From the IMG/VR virus record IMGVR_UViG_3300005323_000358, positions 1 to 30,213 of that record: 30,213 nt of DNA; one strand, 5' to 3'. Below are positions 25,205-30,213 of the stretch, piece after piece. The stretch comes from a virus (Duplodnaviria; Caudoviricetes). Position 1 is the stretch's first letter, and each line of letters starts with the position of its first letter. The position numbers and the translations under genes were made by a program. Below the pieces are notes generated by a model. It made no database searches and was not told the origin of the DNA. It worked only from the letters and a program-made list of their open reading frames with translations.

Positions 25205-26107
25205 ATGAATTTTGTTGCTATTGATTTTGAGACAGCGAATGAAAAAAGAAATAGCGTTTGTGCTCTTGGCATTGTTTTGGTTAATAATGGTGACATCGTT
25301 GAAAAACGATCATGGCTTATAAAACCACTAGAAGTAAGATTTGCACCAATAAACATATTCATACATGGAATAACTGCTGAAGATGTTAAGTTCGCTCCTA
25401 AATTCAATGAGATATGGAGTGAAATTTCCCCATACTTAGAAAATAACATTATTGTCGCCCATAATGCTGGGTTTGATATAAGTGTCCTTAGAGAAATATT
25501 ATCTACATATAGAATACCTTTCCCAAAATCTAAATATTTCTGTAGTTTAAAGACAGCTAAAAAAATATGGCCTGGTTTATTTAGTTATAGATTAAACGAT
25601 ATTGCCGATCATCTAGCTATTGACTTTATACACCACAAAGCTGAGGATGATGCTTACGCTTGTTGCGAAATAATAAAAAAAGCATGTGAAAAAAATCAAT
25701 ACAGTTCTATTAACGAATTAATATCAGAATTAAATTTTAAGGTAGGAGAATTATCTGACTCTCATTACTCCCCTGCTAAATACACAGAAAACATTCGTTC
25801 TAAAGATGTTAAGCCAGAAAATTTTGATTTTAATAATGATCATCCATTTTTAAATAAGCATCTCACTTTTACAGGTAAATTAGAGTCGATGCAAAGAAAA
25901 GAAGCTATACAAAAGGTTGTTAATGTTGGAGGGTATGGTTCTGATAACGTTACAGAAGAAACAAGATATTTAGTTGTTGGAGAATTAGATTACCGCACAC
26001 TAAAAGATGGCAATAAAAGCAATAAAATAAAACGTGCCGAACAACTACTTGTTAAAGGTCAAAAAATAGAAATGATCACAGAAATGGATTTTTTAAAAAT
26101 GTTATAA
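25205..26107 (+). CDS. DEDDh 3'-5' exonuclease (DnaQ-like) with C-terminal BRCT domain
   Basis: FVAIDFETAN, VAHNAGFD, HHKAEDDA; BRCT FTGKL..MQRKEA...GG...YLVVG. Confidence 0.93.
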   Translation: MNFVAIDFETANEKRNSVCALGIVLVNNGDIVEKRSWLIKPLEVRFAPINIFIHGITAEDVKFAPKFNEIWSEISPYLENNIIVAHNAGFDISVLREILSTYRIPFPKSKYFCSLKTAKKIWPGLFSYRLNDIADHLAIDFIHHKAEDDAYACCEIIKKACEKNQYSSINELISELNFKVGELSDSHYSPAKYTENIRSKDVKPENFDFNNDHPFLNKHLTFTGKLESMQRKEAIQKVVNVGGYGSDNVTEETRYLVVGELDYRTLKDGNKSNKIKRAEQLLVKGQKIEMITEMDFLKML

Positions 26108-26112
26108 CTAGC

Positions 26113-26152
26113 AAAGAACCTACCGATAATGAATAAACGTAGGTTCTTTTTC
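26113..26152 (+). terminator. Intrinsic terminator
   Basis: AAAGAACCTAC...GTAGGTTCTTTTTT. Confidence 0.7.
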
Positions 26153-26205
26153 CATGTATAAATTTTACTTTTTATGGTATGCTACTTTTGAAAGGAGCTG
26201 ATCTT

Positions 26206-27627
26206 ATGATAGCAGTTTATGTACGTGTTAGCACCGAAGAGCAGGCGAAAACAGGTTATTCTCTCGCTGATCAAATTAGACGATGTAAAGAAAAAGCAAA
26301 CACTACCGATACTAAAGATTACATTGACGATGGCTATTCTGGTGAATTTTTAGATCGTCCTGCATTAAATGAATTGAGGAATGACCTGCATGCAGGATTG
26401 ATTAAAACGGTCATTGTGTACGACTTGGATAGATTGTCCCGCGAAACAGATCACCTACTTATACTTGTAAAAGAGTTTGAAAAAAAAGCAGAATTAATAT
26501 TCGTAACTAATGAGTACGCCAAGACTCCCGCAGGTGAGTTATTCATGACAATTCACGCGGCTATGGCAAAATACGAAAAAGAAACAATCAAGAGCCGTAC
26601 AATGCGTGGAAAACGCCAAAAAGCACTCTCTGGCAAGCTTATTTTCGATGATAAGGCCTTTGGGTATGACTTTAATAAAAGCGAGTTTATGTATGAGGTA
26701 AACGCTATAGAATCAGAAGTGGTAAAGCTGATTTTTAACACCTATGTTGACCGAAAATATGGCGTTAGATCGTTGTGTTCTGAATTAGAAGCATTAGGCG
26801 TAACCAATAAAAAAGGTAAGCCATTTACCGTTAGTAACCTGCACCGAATATTAATTAACGAGATGTACGCAGGAACAAAATGGTCATTTAAATTTTATGA
26901 GAAAAAAATAGGACAATACCAGTCCGAAAGAACGCTCCGTGACCAATCAGAGTGGATACCTATAGCTGTACCTGCGATCGTTGATAAAATACTGTATGAT
27001 AAGGTTCAATATATGCTAAAACAAAATGTTAATTTTTCAAAAAGAAATACCCAAAGAGAATATTTATTGCGTAGTATAATACGTTGCGATAGTTGCGGTT
27101 ATTCAATGATTGGATCTCGAAAGATTAATAAGGGCAAAGAATACTTATATTATACCTGCCCCTCAAAGATGGAAAAAAGAGAATGTGATAATGGCTCCGC
27201 TCGTGCTGATATAATAGATAATGAAGTCTGGTCATATATTTTGAAGTGGACTAGAGATGGTTATGATATTAATAATTTAACAAAAAACACATCACCCAAT
27301 ACTGATGCAATTGCAAAAATAAAAGACCAAATAGCTGGTCTAAATAAATCTAAGACCGATATTTTATTTTTAATTAGAAAAGGTAGGATTAACATAGATG
27401 AGGCTGACAATGATTTGGATATTATTAATAAAGAATTGAATACAGTCAATAGTGTTTTAAAAGCACTCACAGAAAACAGCACACAAGAAACAACCATTAC
27501 TAATGAGGATGTTTTAAATGCTGATACTTTTGAGAAGAAAAGGAATATTTTATTGGAGTCGGGATTGGTAGTTCGTGCTCGAAGAACTGGCTGGAAACCA
27601 GACAATATCAAATGGGGATTTAGATAA
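26206..27627 (+). CDS. Large serine recombinase (prophage integrase), SpoIVCA-like
   Basis: MIAVYVRVSTEEQA with catalytic Ser, DRPAL, DRLSR, recombinase domain and Zn ribbon CDSC..C..C. The N-terminus closely parallels B. subtilis SpoIVCA as recalled. RBS AAAGGAG precedes ATG 26206. Confidence 0.95.
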   Translation: MIAVYVRVSTEEQAKTGYSLADQIRRCKEKANTTDTKDYIDDGYSGEFLDRPALNELRNDLHAGLIKTVIVYDLDRLSRETDHLLILVKEFEKKAELIFVTNEYAKTPAGELFMTIHAAMAKYEKETIKSRTMRGKRQKALSGKLIFDDKAFGYDFNKSEFMYEVNAIESEVVKLIFNTYVDRKYGVRSLCSELEALGVTNKKGKPFTVSNLHRILINEMYAGTKWSFKFYEKKIGQYQSERTLRDQSEWIPIAVPAIVDKILYDKVQYMLKQNVNFSKRNTQREYLLRSIIRCDSCGYSMIGSRKINKGKEYLYYTCPSKMEKRECDNGSARADIIDNEVWSYILKWTRDGYDINNLTKNTSPNTDAIAKIKDQIAGLNKSKTDILFLIRKGRINIDEADNDLDIINKELNTVNSVLKALTENSTQETTITNEDVLNADTFEKKRNILLESGLVVRARRTGWKPDNIKWGFR

Positions 27628-27654
27628 CATTGGTTTGTCGTTTGTGTTGCGTGG

Positions 27655-27971
27655 TTCTCAATCCTCGATACATAGGACCTAGAAATACCTAACAATTTAG
27701 CAATATCTCGTTGTGTCTTTCTATCTCCATCCGGCATACCAAATCTCATTTCCAATACCCATTTCTCTCTGCCACTTAATCGGTTAATCTGTTTACTGAG
27801 TCGTTCATTTTCACATTGACTTTCTACAGCTTCTGCCACTATATCAGGAGCTGTACCCAGTACATCAATTAAGGTAATCTCATTGCCTTCTTTGTCAACA
27901 CCAATAGGATCATAGAGGCTCACTTCCGCACGAGTACGCCTCGTACTTCGAAGATGCATTAAGATTTCATT
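27655..27971 (-). pseudogene. sigK: Internal fragment (105 codons) of sporulation sigma factor sigK, interrupted at both ends; probably reconstitutable rather than dead
   Basis: NEILMHLR...EVSLYDPIGVDKEGNEITLIDVL...RFG...KTQRDIAKLLGISRSYVSRIE, with no internal stops or shifts. The SRSYVSRIE variant matches SigK rather than SigE. Confidence 0.93.
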
Positions 27972-29724
27972 TGCTATTCTCACATAACGGCTCAGAATTA
28001 TTCCCCTCAGTTTCAATCAGTCCGTCGCTCTTTGAAAGGAAGTCATCCGGCGGCAATTCAATACCACCGCTGTCATCAGAGCCAAATAGATACACATGAA
28101 CATTCTCGCCGTCCCAAACCACCTTTTTCACAAAGGTGCGTAGGGCGGCGCGTTTTTGTTCAACGCTCATATCGTCGATCGTATCCCTAAAGGTTGTGAG
28201 CATCTGACGGATAATATCAAACTCAATATTAGAAAGGGTGTGACTAGCGGTAAGGCTTTCTATTTCAGCAATACGGCTTTTCATCAGTTCCCCCTCACTG
28301 TGCAGCTCGTCAATCCCTTTAACGATACTCCCCTTAGTTGCTGTATCCTCCAATTCAGCAAGTGATACTACCAACCTAGCAATTTTCTTTTCATTCTTCG
28401 CAAGTGCACTGCACAACTGATCTAAATCGTCGTATCCTTCAAGATTGCCTTCCAATTGTGTTTTGCCTAGCTCAAGCTGACGGATAAATTCTGAGCTATC
28501 TGCGCCAAGTCTTTTTATTTCTTCACAGACAACTCGATCAAGCATATTTCCGTTAGCATTCTTCATATTGCAAACATGACAGCGGCTTTTTTCTTTCATA
28601 GCACAAAGATAAGAATAAATAAACTCGCCTTGTGCATCTAGACGTTTACTCAGTTTCGGACGCATATAGTCACCACAAGAACAAAATAACAGACCAGACA
28701 GTAGCGCAACATTGCTTCTAGGTTTACGGAAGGACTTAGATCGATTCTGCTCTAAATATTCCTGTACCTGAATCCATTCTACACCTTTAATCATACCAGT
28801 ATGTTTCCCCACCGCCACAATCCATTCTTCCATTGAACGTATTTGGTTAGCCTTGCCTGATTTTTGAATAGTACGGTTATATGCCATGATGCCATGGATA
28901 CAGTCAAAACTTTCTTTTCCAGCAAATAAATCTACCTCATTTTCAACTAAGTAGCGATAAGCGTCTCCATCAGCAATCATATACACAGGATTGGTAAGGA
29001 TATTACGAAGAGCAAAACGGGTAAATAGTTTTTCATTTTTTGTTTTGTAGCCATTGTTAATAAAGTAAGTTTCTGTTTTAGTTAATGAATTAGTTTCCAA
29101 AAACACCTTGTAAATCTGTTTGATGAGATCAGCTTCTTCGGGAATAAGTTCTAACTTACAAGCTTTTTTTATTTTTCCATCTACTGTTATCTTCTCCACT
29201 TGTTCAGACTTATACCCTGTTGGCGATATACCACCAAGCCATCGGCCTGTTTTCGATAACTCATGCATATTATCACGTATACGCTCAGCAATCGTTTCAC
29301 GTTCCAGTTGAGAAAATACAGAGGAAATATACATCATAGCTCTGCCCATAGGAGAGGAAGTATCAAATTGTTCCTTAATAGAAATAAAGGAAACATTCAA
29401 ACCGTCCAATTCCTCAATCAGCTTGGCAAAGTCACCTATGTTACGACTTATGCGGTCAAGACGATAGCAGACAATCGCAGAAAACTTCTTTGTCCTTGCT
29501 TCAGCCATCATCTCCTTAAATCGAGGACGCTCCATATTGCCGCCCGAAAATCCTTCATCTTCATATATCAAGATACCTTCGTCATTGCAATTTGGGTAAC
29601 GTGGACGGATATACTGTTTGCAAAGCTCAACCTGATTTTCTATGCTCTCGCCTTTACCTGTGTATTTAGATTTGCGAGAATAAATAGCAATCTGTTCCCC
29701 TGTATTTTCTTTCGTTTGCTTCAC
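27967..29724 (-). CDS. Large serine recombinase of the second element
   Basis: IAIYSRKS, DEGFSGG..RP.F, YRLDRISR, FSQLERETIAERI, LLSGLLFCSCG..C..C Zn ribbon, coiled coil. Confidence 0.96.
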   Translation of the reverse strand: MKQTKENTGEQIAIYSRKSKYTGKGESIENQVELCKQYIRPRYPNCNDEGILIYEDEGFSGGNMERPRFKEMMAEARTKKFSAIVCYRLDRISRNIGDFAKLIEELDGLNVSFISIKEQFDTSSPMGRAMMYISSVFSQLERETIAERIRDNMHELSKTGRWLGGISPTGYKSEQVEKITVDGKIKKACKLELIPEEADLIKQIYKVFLETNSLTKTETYFINNGYKTKNEKLFTRFALRNILTNPVYMIADGDAYRYLVENEVDLFAGKESFDCIHGIMAYNRTIQKSGKANQIRSMEEWIVAVGKHTGMIKGVEWIQVQEYLEQNRSKSFRKPRSNVALLSGLLFCSCGDYMRPKLSKRLDAQGEFIYSYLCAMKEKSRCHVCNMKNANGNMLDRVVCEEIKRLGADSSEFIRQLELGKTQLEGNLEGYDDLDQLCSALAKNEKKIARLVVSLAELEDTATKGSIVKGIDELHSEGELMKSRIAEIESLTASHTLSNIEFDIIRQMLTTFRDTIDDMSVEQKRAALRTFVKKVVWDGENVHVYLFGSDDSGGIELPPDDFLSKSDGLIETEGNNSEPLCENSK

Positions 29725-29762
29725 TTTATTACACCAATCCTCTATGTTTCATTTTATTATCA

Positions 29763-29771
29763 ATTATAACA
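29763..29771 (-). promoter_or_regulatory. Extended -10 promoter for the second recombinase
   Basis: TG-t-TATAAT about 40 bp upstream of the GTG start; weak -35 TTGTTT at 18 bp. Confidence 0.5.
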
Positions 29772-29795
29772 TAACGTCTACAATATAAACAAAAT

Positions 29796-29842
29796 AAAAG
29801 ACAAGCCGCTGATCCTATCATAGGATCAGCAGCTTATCTTTT
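29796..29842. terminator. Long, probably bidirectional terminator
   Basis: AAAAGAcAAGCcGCTGATCCTA-tca-TAGGATCAGCaGCTTaTCTTTT. Confidence 0.8.
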
Positions 29843-29858
29843 AGAGATATTCCATCAA

Positions 29859-30213
29859 TTAAATTTTTCCACCTACGCCTTTAAACTTATCTATAAAGGC
29901 AGAATTTTTCTGAAAAACGCTCTGCTTTTTTTGTTAAATATTGAGGATTTAGAGAACTAATTTTTGGAAGAATTTCATTTAGTTCCATTCCATTTCTACT
30001 GCCATATTCTCTTTTTAATGAGTTCAAAATATATCTTTTAACAACCTCTTTATTTAATTTTTCATTATTAATTAATTCTTCCGCTTCACGTTTTTGCTCA
30101 GCTTGAGCAAATGTAAAGAAGACATGAATAATACTTGCTTTATCTTGAATTTTTTCTAAATTAGTTTGGTTGATAAAATCGACTACTAAGCTTTCCTTTT
30201 CGTAACTTCCCAC
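29859..30213 (-). pseudogene. hsdR: C-terminal part of type I restriction subunit R (EcoR124-type HsdR), with a +1 frameshift
   Basis: [12 protein letters not shown]..., [14 protein letters not shown]. Removing one A from the A7 run (29926-29932) restores [21 protein letters not shown]-stop. Confidence 0.8.

Larger units (their letters stand above)
1..27655. mobile_element. Lambda-like temperate prophage (right part) integrated in sigK region 4.2; continues past the left window edge
   Basis: Ordered tail/head/packaging, late regulator, replication, cro-cI and integrase modules. The boundary falls where SigK similarity stops (...SRIE|NHATQ), 28 bp after the integrase stop. Confidence 0.93.
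27967..30213. mobile_element. Second sigK-intervening (skin-like) element; continues past the right edge
   Basis: Starts at AATGA (27967-27971), where SigK similarity ends; carries its own serine recombinase and an R-M gene remnant. Confidence 0.88.

Noticed and set aside
27261-28016. 251-aa ORF as a complete sigma factor gene
   Set aside because: Only 27655-27971 is SigK-like. The first 15 codons overlap the recombinase in another frame and the tail is antisense to the integrase.
28156-29769. Plus-strand ORFs over the second recombinase, and 26553..26741 over the first
   Set aside because: Antisense shadows with no independent evidence.
1-30213. tRNA, rRNA, reverse transcriptase/DGR, IS transposase
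   Set aside because: No such motifs recognised by eye; a tRNAscan/Infernal run would be needed to exclude small RNAs fully.

Overview
AT-rich DNA from a spore-forming Firmicute, probably a diderm Negativicute (inferred from a sigK fragment plus a KdsC-family gene). Positions 1-~27655 are the right-hand part of a lambda-like temperate siphophage, mostly on the minus strand. It carries tail tube and head-tail genes, a protease-capsid fusion, portal, GpA-type terminase, HNH, an ArpU/RinA-like late activator, ParA, SSB, an HUH rolling-circle Rep, PcfJ/PcfK-like genes, a cro/cI switch, an RHH protein, a DEDDh exonuclease-BRCT protein and a SpoIVCA-like large serine recombinase. Next comes a 105-codon internal piece of the mother-cell sigma factor gene sigK (27655-27971). 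A second, unrelated element follows, with its own large serine recombinase and a type I hsdR remnant. sigK therefore appears split into at least three pieces by two independent integrated elements, and both recombinases point into the middle piece. Other notable points are a KdsC phosphatase embedded in the virion operon, a cluster of Spo0A boxes and sigmaH-type promoters around the lysogeny region, and several candidate antisense RNAs. All family calls come from motif recognition by eye; no database searches were run.
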